Positions 9,595-17,839 of a DNA stretch of 64,000 bases are shown one piece after another. This stretch comes from Planctomycetota bacterium (GTDB taxonomy: Bacteria > Planctomycetota > MHYJ01 > WSZJ01). The stretch spans positions 64,001 through 128,000 of the forward strand of contig JBBTCT010000027.1 in assembly GCA_038060895.1 (NCBI GenBank), in the 5' to 3' direction. Position numbers and translations under genes: made by a program. Numbering within the stretch: the stretch's first letter is position 1; every line of letters starts with the position of its first letter. A model generated the notes under the pieces. That model was not told where the DNA came from, searched no databases, and saw only the letters and a list, made by a program, of their open reading frames with translations.

Positions 9595-9799
9595 GGGAAA
9601 AACGACAACAACGAAACGAAAAGAGAAAAACGAAAAACGAAAAGAGACGGGCCAGGGGCGGTAGAGAAGGTTGCTGATTTTCTGGAATCGGTGAAATGAT
9701 CGGGGAGTTCTCCACCTCCTTTCCTTTGGCCGCACGCTACGGACCTTTTCGTTTTTTGTTTTTCGTTTTCCCCTTTTCGTTTCCTTGTTGCCGTTCTCC
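9595..9799. repeat. Imperfect ~50-bp inverted arms built of AAAACGA-like heptamers around a ~90-nt core
   Basis: Left AACGACAACAACGAAACGAAAAGAGAAAAACGAAAAAC versus reverse complement of right AACGGCAACAAGGAAACGAAAAGGGGAAAACGAAAAAC. Confidence 0.85.
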
Positions 9800-9816
9800 A
9801 TCCAGGAGCCACACCT

Positions 9817-11637
9817 CTGTACAAACTCTTCCTCGCCCTTCGTTACCTCCGCAAACGCCCGATCTCCTTCCTCTCGGTGATCGGCGTCTGGTTCGGCGTC
9901 ATGACGCTTCTGATCGTCACGAGCATCATGGGAGGCTTCGCGCGGGACCTCCGCGCGCGCATCCGTGGGATGACGGCGCACATCACGGTGACCTCGTCGC
10001 CGATGTCGCGCCTCGGGTCGATGGAGAACTGGGAAGACCTGGCGGGCAAGGTCCGGGCCGCGGCGCCGGACGAGGTCATCGCGATTTCGCCGCAGCTCGA
10101 GTGGCCGATCATGATCAGCCACGGCCAGTCACCGCAGCCCGCGACGCTCGTCGGGATCATCCCGGAACTCGAAAAACAGGTCAGCGGGTTCGCCGACCAC
10201 ATGCTCGACGGCCACCCGCCGGACTTCACGAACTACTCGAAGCAGACGCTTCCGCCCGATTGGGGCCCCTGCATCATCGGCTCCGGCGTCCTTACGAATC
10301 ACCGTCACAAGGACATCATCTTCATCTGCGACGGCGCGGGATCCGTGGCGGCCGCTGCGAGCGCCCTGTCTGCTGTCAATCCCAAGGACAAGTTCGAAAT
10401 CCTGGCCGGCGATGCGGAGTGGTCGGGTGAACTCAACTCGGGCGGCGAAGAGCGCGAGTCGCACGCCGCGGCCGACTGGCTGAAGTCGCGCCAGGACGCG
10501 CCGGTCAAGGACTGGCCGGGCGCGCTGGAAAAGGCCTACCGGCTCCTCGCCTACGACCCCAAGGGCGAGACGCGCCCGTGCGTTATCGTCGTTTTCGGCC
10601 GGGAAATCGCGCCCGAGGTCGCCTACCGCGACGCGTGGCACCGGATGCCGTCCGACACGCGGCGCTGGCTGCGCGTCTTCACGCCCGGCGACACGCTCGT
10701 CGAGCCCGGCGGCGAACAGGCCCGCGCCGCGCAGTCCCTCACCATCGAACCCGGCCCCGGCGCCCGCCTCGCCCTCGTCTCGCGCGTCCAGGATCCGTTC
10801 ATCGGCCGGTCGATTTCCGTCACGACGATCACCCCTGAGGACGCTCGCGATCGCGGCGCCGATCCCCGCATCACCCCTACCAACACGAAGCTCGGCATCG
10901 TCGGTTCCTTTAATTCCGGGATGAACGAGTACGACACGCAGATCGTCTACGCCCCCCTCGAATTCGTGCAGCGCGCGCTTCGGGAATGCCTCGTGGATGC
11001 GAAGACAAAGGAACTCGTTCTCGACGCCCAAGGCCGCATCCAGGCCGGCCGCGTCAACCGGCTCCGCATCCGGATCAAGAACTACGACGACGCCGAGAAA
11101 ATCGCCGACCGGATCCGCAAGGGCCTCGGCGGGCGCCACGGCGTCATCACGTGGCAGGCCGAGAAAGCGATCCTCCTCCAGGCCGTCGCCGTCGAGCGCA
11201 CCCTCACCGGCGTCATCATGTTTTTCATTGTCATCATGGCCGCTTTCTCCATCCTCGCGATCCTCTCCATGCTCGTCACCGAGAAGACCCGCGACATCGG
11301 CATTCTCCGCGCCCAGGGCGCCACCGTCGGCGGCGTCATGTCGATCTTCCTCGCCGAAGGCATGGTCATCGGGGTCCTCGGTTGCGGGCTCGGGCTCGGA
11401 AGCGCCAAGTACGTCCTCGACCACCTCAACCCGCTCGCCGACTGGGTCTACGAACGGACCGGCTGGTACCCCTTCCCCAAGAACATCTACCTCCTCGACC
11501 GCATCCCCCACCAGATGGACCCGCCGGTCTGGGCGCTCGTCGTCGGCGCGACGCTTTTCGTCTGCCTCCTCGCCGCCCTCTGGCCGTCGTGGAAGGCCGC
11601 TCGCCTCAACCCCATCGAAGCGCTGAGGTACGAATGA
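9817..11637 (+). CDS. lolE: Lipoprotein-releasing ABC transporter permease (LolC/E family) with enlarged periplasmic domain
   Basis: (M)YKLFLALRYLRKR..SVIGVWFGV..LIVTSIMGGF; VTEKTRDIGILRA.GA; WPSWKAARLNPIEALRYE; probable CTG start at 9817 behind AGGAG. Confidence 0.88.
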   Translation: MYKLFLALRYLRKRPISFLSVIGVWFGVMTLLIVTSIMGGFARDLRARIRGMTAHITVTSSPMSRLGSMENWEDLAGKVRAAAPDEVIAISPQLEWPIMISHGQSPQPATLVGIIPELEKQVSGFADHMLDGHPPDFTNYSKQTLPPDWGPCIIGSGVLTNHRHKDIIFICDGAGSVAAAASALSAVNPKDKFEILAGDAEWSGELNSGGEERESHAAADWLKSRQDAPVKDWPGALEKAYRLLAYDPKGETRPCVIVVFGREIAPEVAYRDAWHRMPSDTRRWLRVFTPGDTLVEPGGEQARAAQSLTIEPGPGARLALVSRVQDPFIGRSISVTTITPEDARDRGADPRITPTNTKLGIVGSFNSGMNEYDTQIVYAPLEFVQRALRECLVDAKTKELVLDAQGRIQAGRVNRLRIRIKNYDDAEKIADRIRKGLGGRHGVITWQAEKAILLQAVAVERTLTGVIMFFIVIMAAFSILAILSMLVTEKTRDIGILRAQGATVGGVMSIFLAEGMVIGVLGCGLGLGSAKYVLDHLNPLADWVYERTGWYPFPKNIYLLDRIPHQMDPPVWALVVGATLFVCLLAALWPSWKAARLNPIEALRYE

Positions 11638-12419
11638 GCGGCTTCCTCGACGCCAGGGACATCCGCCGCGAATTCCAGATCGGCGACCGGACGCTCCCGG
11701 TCCTGCGCGGCATCGACCTCTCGGTCGAGCCCGGGGACGTCGTGGCGATCGTCGGGCCCAGCGGCGCGGGGAAGAGCACCTTCCTGCACATCCTGGGGCT
11801 GCTGGACAAGCCGACTTCCGGCAGCGTGCTCTTCAAGGGCAAGCCCTACAGCGACCTGAGCGACGGCGAGCGCGCCCGGATGCGCAACACCACCTTTTCG
11901 TTCGTCTTCCAGTTCTACCACCTGCTCCCCGAATTGACGGCGCTCGAAAACGCGATTATGCCGATCATGATCCAGTCGTCGATCCTCGCGTGGCCGATCG
12001 TCCGCGGGGATGCGCGCCGGCGCGCGAAGGAACTCCTCGACCGCATGGGCATGGGGAGCCGCCTCAACCACGTGCCAGGCGCCCTTTCCGGCGGCGAACG
12101 CCAGCGCGTCGCCATCGCGCGTGCGCTGATGACCAATCCAGAAGTCGTCTTCTGCGACGAGCCCACCGGCAACCTCGACACCGTGACTTCGCAGGAGATC
12201 CAGGACCTGCTATGGTCCCTCGCCGAAGAGCGCCGCACCTGCTTCGTCATGGTCACCCACGAGCCGAGCCTGGCGCGAAGGGCGCACCGCGTCGTTCGAA
12301 TGGTGGACGGACTGATCGTGGACGGGGAAGCCCAACCGGCGATCATCCCTGCACCCGTTACGCCGGGCCCGGCACTTCCACCGTCTGCCGCGGAAACCCA
12401 GGGACCTGACAAGCAGTAA
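11634..12419 (+). CDS. lolD: Lipoprotein-releasing ABC transporter ATP-binding protein
   Basis: GPSGAGKST, FVFQFYHLLPE, LSGGERQRVAIARAL, DEPTGNLD; ATGA overlap with lolE. Confidence 0.92.
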   Translation: MSGFLDARDIRREFQIGDRTLPVLRGIDLSVEPGDVVAIVGPSGAGKSTFLHILGLLDKPTSGSVLFKGKPYSDLSDGERARMRNTTFSFVFQFYHLLPELTALENAIMPIMIQSSILAWPIVRGDARRRAKELLDRMGMGSRLNHVPGALSGGERQRVAIARALMTNPEVVFCDEPTGNLDTVTSQEIQDLLWSLAEERRTCFVMVTHEPSLARRAHRVVRMVDGLIVDGEAQPAIIPAPVTPGPALPPSAAETQGPDKQ

Positions 12420-12445
12420 AAAGGCCAGGTCGCGAGGACCTGGCC
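12418..12445 (-). terminator. Intrinsic terminator between convergent genes
   Basis: GGCCAGGTC-gcgag-GACCTGGCC hairpin with T-run on the minus strand. Confidence 0.75.
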
Positions 12446-12474
12446 GTTCATGGTTCGAACCCCCCGCGCGGCGG

Positions 12475-12945
12475 CTACTTCAACTTCTGCACCACCGCCT
12501 TGATCGCGGCCACGTCCGGCTTCACTTTCGGATCGTCGCTCACCCACGCCATCGCGACTTTCCCTTCCTTGTCGATCACGAACGCGCTGCGCTTCGCGAC
12601 GCCGACCCAGTCGCCGAGTTTCTCGTGCTGGGCGTCGTAGGCCCTGGAGACGCCCTTGTTGAAGTCGGAGAGGAGTTCGAAGGGGAGCTTTTCCTTCTCC
12701 TTCCATGCCTTGAGCGCGTGGACCGAGTCGACGCTGAGGCCGTAGATCTTCGCATTGATTTTGCCGAGGTCGTTCCACTGGTCGCGGACGCTGCAGAACT
12801 CCTCGGTGCAGATGGACGAGAAAGCGAAGGGAATGAAGAGGAGGACGACGTTGTCCTTGCCCTTGTGGCCGGAGAGGGTGACAGCGTCTGCGGGAGTGCC
12901 CTTGAGGGTGAAGTCGGGCGCGGCGGCGCCGATGGCGAGAGGCAT
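12475..12945 (-). CDS. Peroxiredoxin (AhpE/redoxin type)
   Basis: APDFTL, F.PFAFSSICTEE, LSDFN, RSAFVIDKEG. Confidence 0.9.
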   Translation of the reverse strand: MPLAIGAAAPDFTLKGTPADAVTLSGHKGKDNVVLLFIPFAFSSICTEEFCSVRDQWNDLGKINAKIYGLSVDSVHALKAWKEKEKLPFELLSDFNKGVSRAYDAQHEKLGDWVGVAKRSAFVIDKEGKVAMAWVSDDPKVKPDVAAIKAVVQKLK

Positions 12946-13030
12946 GTGTGCAGCTCCTTTGGTAAAGCGGATGCTTGTGGAACGACGAGGGGCGGATCAT
13001 AGGAAGAGGCCGCAGCGGGGTCAACGATAG

Positions 13031-13192
13031 GCGGGCGAGCGGGCGAGCGGGCGAGCGGGCGAGCGGGCGAGCGGGCGAGCGGGCGAGAAACAACAACTTC
13101 CCGAACCCGGATGTCCTTTTGATGTTCGCCCGCCCGCCCGCCCGCCAGCCCGCCCGCCCGCGTTTTGAATCCCGCCAGCCCGCCTGCCCGCG
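13031..13192. repeat. (GCGGGCGA)x7 tract paired with a degenerate inverted (CCCGCCNG) tract
   Basis: Seven perfect octamers 13031-13086; complementary arm 13125-13192. Confidence 0.9.
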
Positions 13193-13205
13193 TATGATTT
13201 CCCGG

Positions 13206-14054
13206 ATGTCCAGCCCCACGAAGATCGCGGCCGGCGATGCGGCGTGCGAAAAACTCGCGCGCTCGCACTACGAGAACTTCACCGTCGGCTCCTGGTTCCT
13301 GCCGAAGGACATGCGCCGCGACTTTTTCGCCGTGTACGCGTTTTGCCGCGCGACCGACGACATCGGCGACGAAGCCCCCGGCGACCGCCTCGCGGCCCTC
13401 GACGCCTGGGAAAAGGACCTCCGCAAATGCTGGGGCGGAGAACCCGCCGAGATCATGCTCGTGGCCCTCGCACGCACCATCCGCGAACGCAAGCTCCGAC
13501 AGGATCCCTTCCTCCGACTCATCGAAGCCAACCGCATGGACCAGCGGCAGTCGCGCTGGGAATCGTGGGACGACCTCCGGCGATACTGCGCCCACTCCGC
13601 CGACCCCGTGGGCCGCATGGTTCTGGGACTTTTCGGGCAGGACGACGCGAAGCGCGGCCCGCTGTCGGACGCCATCTGCACCGGACTTCAGCTCGCGAAC
13701 CACTGGCAGGACGTGGGACGCGATGCCGCTGAGAAGGGCAGGATATACCTTCCCCTGGAGGATCTCGCACAGCACGGCGTGAAGGAAGCCGACGTCATCG
13801 CCCGGCGCTCTTCACCCGCGTTCGTCGCACTGATGAAGTCGCAGGTGGACCGTGCCCGCGCGCTTTTCGACGAGGGCGAACCGCTTCTGGACCTCGTCAG
13901 CGGCACGCTGAAACGTGACGTAAAGCTGTTTCTCGGCGGGGGCCGGGCGATCCTGGACGCGATCGAGAAACAGGGGTGGGACACACTGGTGAAGCGGCCG
14001 AAGGTGTCGAGGAAGACGAAGGTCTGGCTGGCGATGAAAGCGCTGGTAGGTTAG
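13206..14054 (+). CDS. hpnC: Hydroxysqualene synthase HpnC
   Basis: HYENFTVGS, YAFCRATDDIGDE, SADPVGR, LQLANHWQDV..D..GRIYLP. Confidence 0.92.
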   Translation: MSSPTKIAAGDAACEKLARSHYENFTVGSWFLPKDMRRDFFAVYAFCRATDDIGDEAPGDRLAALDAWEKDLRKCWGGEPAEIMLVALARTIRERKLRQDPFLRLIEANRMDQRQSRWESWDDLRRYCAHSADPVGRMVLGLFGQDDAKRGPLSDAICTGLQLANHWQDVGRDAAEKGRIYLPLEDLAQHGVKEADVIARRSSPAFVALMKSQVDRARALFDEGEPLLDLVSGTLKRDVKLFLGGGRAILDAIEKQGWDTLVKRPKVSRKTKVWLAMKALVG

Positions 14055-14065
14055 GGGCGTCGTTC

Positions 14066-14161
14066 CCTTAACCTTAACCTTTCCCTTATCCTTAACCGGT
14101 CGTTACCGAGGCTGAACATCGGCAGGGCAGGTTAAGGTTAAGGGAAAGGTTAAGGTTGAGG
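14066..14161. repeat. 32-bp inverted arms made of CCTTAA/TTAAGG hexamers (30/32 identical) with a 32-nt loop
   Basis: 14066-14097 versus 14130-14161. Confidence 0.9.
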
Positions 14162-14192
14162 GGCGCCGCTGGGCGGCGCGTCCTTGCCGCCA

Positions 14193-15098
14193 ATGACTCA
14201 GCCCATCATCGCCGCCGGAGTGGAAACTGTCCGGGCACCCGCGTCGACGGTGTCGGTCGATGCGGCGTATGCCTACTGCGAGGACCTCACGAGCCGCGAG
14301 GCCCGGAACTTCTACTACCCCATCCGCGGACTGACGCGCGACCGCCGCCGGGCGATGTGCGCGGTCTACGCGTTCTCGCGGGGCGCGGACGATATTGCCG
14401 ACGAACCGGGTATCGAGGACCGAGCCGGCCGATTCGCCGAGTTCCGCCGGCGGCTGGAAGCGGCCTTCGCGGGCGTGCCGGAGGGGGAGATCTTCGTGGC
14501 CCTCGCGGACGCGGGAAAACGGTTCAATCTTCCGAAGCGCAACCTGGCCGAGATCATTGACGGCGCGGAGCAGGACCTCTCGGTGACCCGGTACGCGACG
14601 TTCGCAGACCTCCGCTCCTATTGCTACAAAGTCGCTTCCGCCGTCGGCCTCGTCTGCGTTGAGATTTTCGGCTACCGCGACCCGGCGGCCCGGACGCACG
14701 CCGAGACGCTCGGGATCGGGATGCAGCTCACGAACATCCTGCGCGACGTTGCCGAGGACGCGCGTCGCGGGCGCATCTATCTGCCGGCGGAAGAACTGGC
14801 CCGCTTCGGCGTCCGCGAGGAAGACGTGCTGGCGCTCAAATTCACGCCGGCGTTCGTCGAGCTCATGAAGTTCCAGGTTGCGCGCGCGCGGGAGACCTTC
14901 GCAAATTCAGAAGGGCTGTTCCCGCTCCTCGAGCGAAAGGCGCGCTTCTGTCCGCTCGCGATCCGCGGGCTGTATGCGGGGATCCTCGACCGGATCGAGC
15001 GGCGGGGTTACGACGTCTTCGCGGGCCGGGTATCGCTTTCTGCGCCGTCGAAAGTCCTCTGCGTCATGGGGGCCTGGTTCCGCGCGTGGACGTATTGA
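14193..15098 (+). CDS. hpnD: Presqualene diphosphate synthase HpnD (squalene/phytoene synthase family)
   Basis: NFYY, YAFSRGADDIADE, YCYKVASAVG, MQLTNILRDVAEDARRGRIYLP. Confidence 0.9.
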   Translation: MTQPIIAAGVETVRAPASTVSVDAAYAYCEDLTSREARNFYYPIRGLTRDRRRAMCAVYAFSRGADDIADEPGIEDRAGRFAEFRRRLEAAFAGVPEGEIFVALADAGKRFNLPKRNLAEIIDGAEQDLSVTRYATFADLRSYCYKVASAVGLVCVEIFGYRDPAARTHAETLGIGMQLTNILRDVAEDARRGRIYLPAEELARFGVREEDVLALKFTPAFVELMKFQVARARETFANSEGLFPLLERKARFCPLAIRGLYAGILDRIERRGYDVFAGRVSLSAPSKVLCVMGAWFRAWTY

Positions 15099-15099
15099 A

Positions 15100-15291
15100 A
15101 TGAAGCCCGGGAAGGGAAGTCTTGCGGTGCTGGCGCTGACCCAGTGTGCCGTGGCGTGCGTCCTGGTGTTCCGGTTCTGGCATCCGCACCCGATCTGGCG
15201 AATCCCGGTGGCGTTCGGTCTGCTGGTCGGGTCGTTCCTGCTGGCGGCATTTGAGGTCGGGACTTTGCGGGGGTTGATGAAGAGGAAATGA
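15100..15291 (+). CDS. 63-aa two-TM membrane protein inside the hpn operon
   Basis: Starts 1 nt after the hpnD stop, ATGA overlap with hpnE, two hydrophobic segments. Confidence 0.65.
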   Translation: MKPGKGSLAVLALTQCAVACVLVFRFWHPHPIWRIPVAFGLLVGSFLLAAFEVGTLRGLMKRK

Positions 15292-16577
15292 GTCAATCCG
15301 CAATCGTTGCAGGCGGAGGCCTCGCGGGAATTGCGGCCGCATGCGACCTCGCAGACGCCGGATGGAAGGTCACGCTCCTCGAGCGCAGGAAACGGCTGGG
15401 CGGCATGGTCGCCTCTTTCCCGGATGCCGGGAGCGGCGGCGAAATCGACAACGGCGAGCACATCGCGATCGAGGCCTGCACGGAACTGCTCGCCCTGTTC
15501 GGACGCCTCGGCTGCCTGGACCGGATCAAGCGCCAGGCAAAACTCCGACTCCCGTTTGTCGGCCCTGACGGCCGGGTCGCGGAACTTACCGAGTCGTCGT
15601 GGTCTTTCCTGACCTTTCCGTTCCTTTCGCTCGGCGATCGCTGGCGCGTGGCGCGCGCGCTGCGGCGCATCGGGAAGCTGCGCGACGCCGAAATCGCCCC
15701 GCTCGACAATTTCACGTCGGCCGACTGGCTGGACGATCTCGGGCAGTCTCCGGCGTCGATCTCGCGCTTCTGGGATTTCTTCCTCGCCCCCGCGCTCAAC
15801 GAGCCCGCTTCCCGATCGTCCGCAGCCCTGGCCGCCCGCGTCCTCCGCGATGCCATGGGACTCGGGCCGAAGTACTCACGGTTCTGCCTGTTTCGCGCCC
15901 CGCTGGGGACCGTGTTTTCCGCGGCTGCGGAGGCTTATCTGAAAACCAGGGGCGGGGAAGTCCGCTCACTCAGCGCTGTGACAAAGGTGCTGCCGGAACC
16001 CGGCCGGATCGTTCTTGAGCTTTCCGACGGTGAAAGCGTCGCCGCAGATGCTTGCGTCCTCGCGCTTCCGCATGCCGACCTCGCCGAGGTCTTCCCGGAC
16101 TCAGCGCCGCCGCTGGAGCACTCGCCGATCCTGAACGCGCATCTCTGGTACGACAAACCGGTCACTTCGCTCGAAGTCTTCGCGATGATCGATTCCCGCG
16201 TCCAGTGGGTCTTCAACCGCAGCGTCATTTCCGGTCTCCCGGGACCCGGGCAGCACCTGTCGTGCTCGATCAGCGCCGCTCGCGACTGGGCCCACCGGCC
16301 CGGCGAGGAAATCGCCTCCGATTGCGACGCGGAACTGAAGCGCCGCTTCAAGGGCGAGGCGCGGCTCGTGAGATTCGTGGTTTCGCGGGAGCACCGGGCG
16401 ACCTTCAGCGCACGGCCCGGAACGGCGCCAATGAGGCCGGGGCCGCGGACAAAGCACCCGGGGCTGGTGCTGGCGGGGGCGTGGACGGACACCGGGTTGC
16501 CGGCGACGATGGAAGGGGCGGTTCGGAGTGGACGGGCCGCGGCGAAAGAGATCGTGGCTGAGGGCAAGCCGGGTTGA
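15288..16577 (+). CDS. hpnE: Hydroxysqualene dehydroxylase HpnE
   Basis: GGGLAG FAD motif, IDNGEH, LAGAWTDTGLPATMEGAVRSG; position after hpnCD. Confidence 0.88.
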   Translation: MSQSAIVAGGGLAGIAAACDLADAGWKVTLLERRKRLGGMVASFPDAGSGGEIDNGEHIAIEACTELLALFGRLGCLDRIKRQAKLRLPFVGPDGRVAELTESSWSFLTFPFLSLGDRWRVARALRRIGKLRDAEIAPLDNFTSADWLDDLGQSPASISRFWDFFLAPALNEPASRSSAALAARVLRDAMGLGPKYSRFCLFRAPLGTVFSAAAEAYLKTRGGEVRSLSAVTKVLPEPGRIVLELSDGESVAADACVLALPHADLAEVFPDSAPPLEHSPILNAHLWYDKPVTSLEVFAMIDSRVQWVFNRSVISGLPGPGQHLSCSISAARDWAHRPGEEIASDCDAELKRRFKGEARLVRFVVSREHRATFSARPGTAPMRPGPRTKHPGLVLAGAWTDTGLPATMEGAVRSGRAAAKEIVAEGKPG

Positions 16578-16593
16578 CGGGAAATCCTCGCGG

Positions 16594-17613
16594 CTACTTT
16601 TCCCCAAGCCCCAGCTTCTTTTCGAGCGCCTTCACGCGCTTCAGGAGCTCCGGCAGTTTCCGGCTTGCGACCCAGATTCTCTCGCGTTCCATTTTCGGGA
16701 GCGCTGGAGAACCGAACCAGGTTCCGCCGGCCGGGACGTCTCCGCTGAGGCCGCTCTGGGGCATGAGGATGGCGCGCTCGCCGACTTTCAGGTGCCCCGC
16801 GGCCCCGACCTGCCCGAGCAGGATGGCGTGGTCGCCGATTTCGCAGGAACCGGATATGCCGACCTGGGACGCCATGATGACGTGCTTCCCGACCCGGCAG
16901 TTGTGGCCGATCTGAACGAGGTTGTCGATCTTCGTCCCGTCGCCGATTGTCGTCGAGCCGAGCGTTGCGCGGTCGATCGTGGTATTCGCCCCGATCTCGA
17001 CGTCGTCGCCGACGACGACGTTGCCGACCTGCGGCACTTTAGTGTGCCGTCCCTGGGCATCCGGGGTGAAGCCGAACCCGTCGGCCCCGACGACGGCTCC
17101 GGCGTGAATCACGCATCTCGCCCCGATACGGCACTCGCGGGCAATGGTCACATGCGCCGCCAGGACCGTGTCTTCGCCGACCGAGCTCCTTACCCCTAAC
17201 GCGCACCCTGCGCCGATCACCGCACGATCCGCCACTTCGGCCCCGGCCTCGATCACCGCGAACGGCCCGACAGAAGCGGTTTTCGCCACGCGAGCGTCGC
17301 GCGCGACGATCGCGGAGGCATGGATTCCCGGCACGGGCGCCTCGACCGGGCGGAGACGTCCGACGAGTCTTGCGAAGGACAGCCGGGCGTCGTCGACCTT
17401 GAGTAGCGTCTTGTGGGAGCTGGAAAGGGCGCGTGGGACGACGACGACGGCCGCCGGTCCGCTTTCCGCCAGGGCCAGGTACTTCGCGTCGAGCGCAAAC
17501 ACCGCGTCTCCCGCCTTGGCCGCCTCGATGGCGCCGACGTCCCTCACCTCGATCTCGGGATCGCCGGTCAGGTCGGCCTGGAGGAAAGCCGCAAGTTCGC
17601 GCGCTGTGGACAT
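16594..17613 (-). CDS. lpxD: UDP-3-O-acylglucosamine N-acyltransferase
   Basis: Hexapeptide repeats, [30 protein letters not shown]. Confidence 0.95.
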   Translation of the reverse strand: MSTARELAAFLQADLTGDPEIEVRDVGAIEAAKAGDAVFALDAKYLALAESGPAAVVVVPRALSSSHKTLLKVDDARLSFARLVGRLRPVEAPVPGIHASAIVARDARVAKTASVGPFAVIEAGAEVADRAVIGAGCALGVRSSVGEDTVLAAHVTIARECRIGARCVIHAGAVVGADGFGFTPDAQGRHTKVPQVGNVVVGDDVEIGANTTIDRATLGSTTIGDGTKIDNLVQIGHNCRVGKHVIMASQVGISGSCEIGDHAILLGQVGAAGHLKVGERAILMPQSGLSGDVPAGGTWFGSPALPKMERERIWVASRKLPELLKRVKALEKKLGLGEK

Positions 17614-17678
17614 GGCGGGGAAGTGTATGCGGCGGAACCGAAAACCGCGAGGGCGACCAGGCGCGCGCGGGCCCTGCG

Positions 17679-17794
17679 CTGAGCGCGTGAATGCCGGGGC
17701 GGGTCGGGCGGAGTCGGCCCGGAAAACCAAATCCGCACAAGCAACGCTGAAGCGGCCGACGCAGCGTGACCCGCCCCGGCATTCACGCGCTCAG
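17679..17794. repeat. REP/MITE-like palindrome with perfect 27-bp inverted arms
   Basis: CTGAGCGCGTGAATGCCGGGGCGGGTC at 17679-17705 and its exact reverse complement at 17768-17794. Confidence 0.9.
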
Positions 17795-17839
17795 ATTCAC
17801 GTTCCCTGACTCCGCCTTCATCCGCTACCTTACCCCCCG

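Noticed and set aside
10986-11633. N-terminal extension of LolD in the ORF track
   Set aside because: Overlaps lolE in another frame; the real start is ATG 11634.
14066-14161. Telomere-like TTAAGG repeats as eukaryotic contamination or a replicon end
   Set aside because: Short, internal, and between two intact bacterial operon genes.
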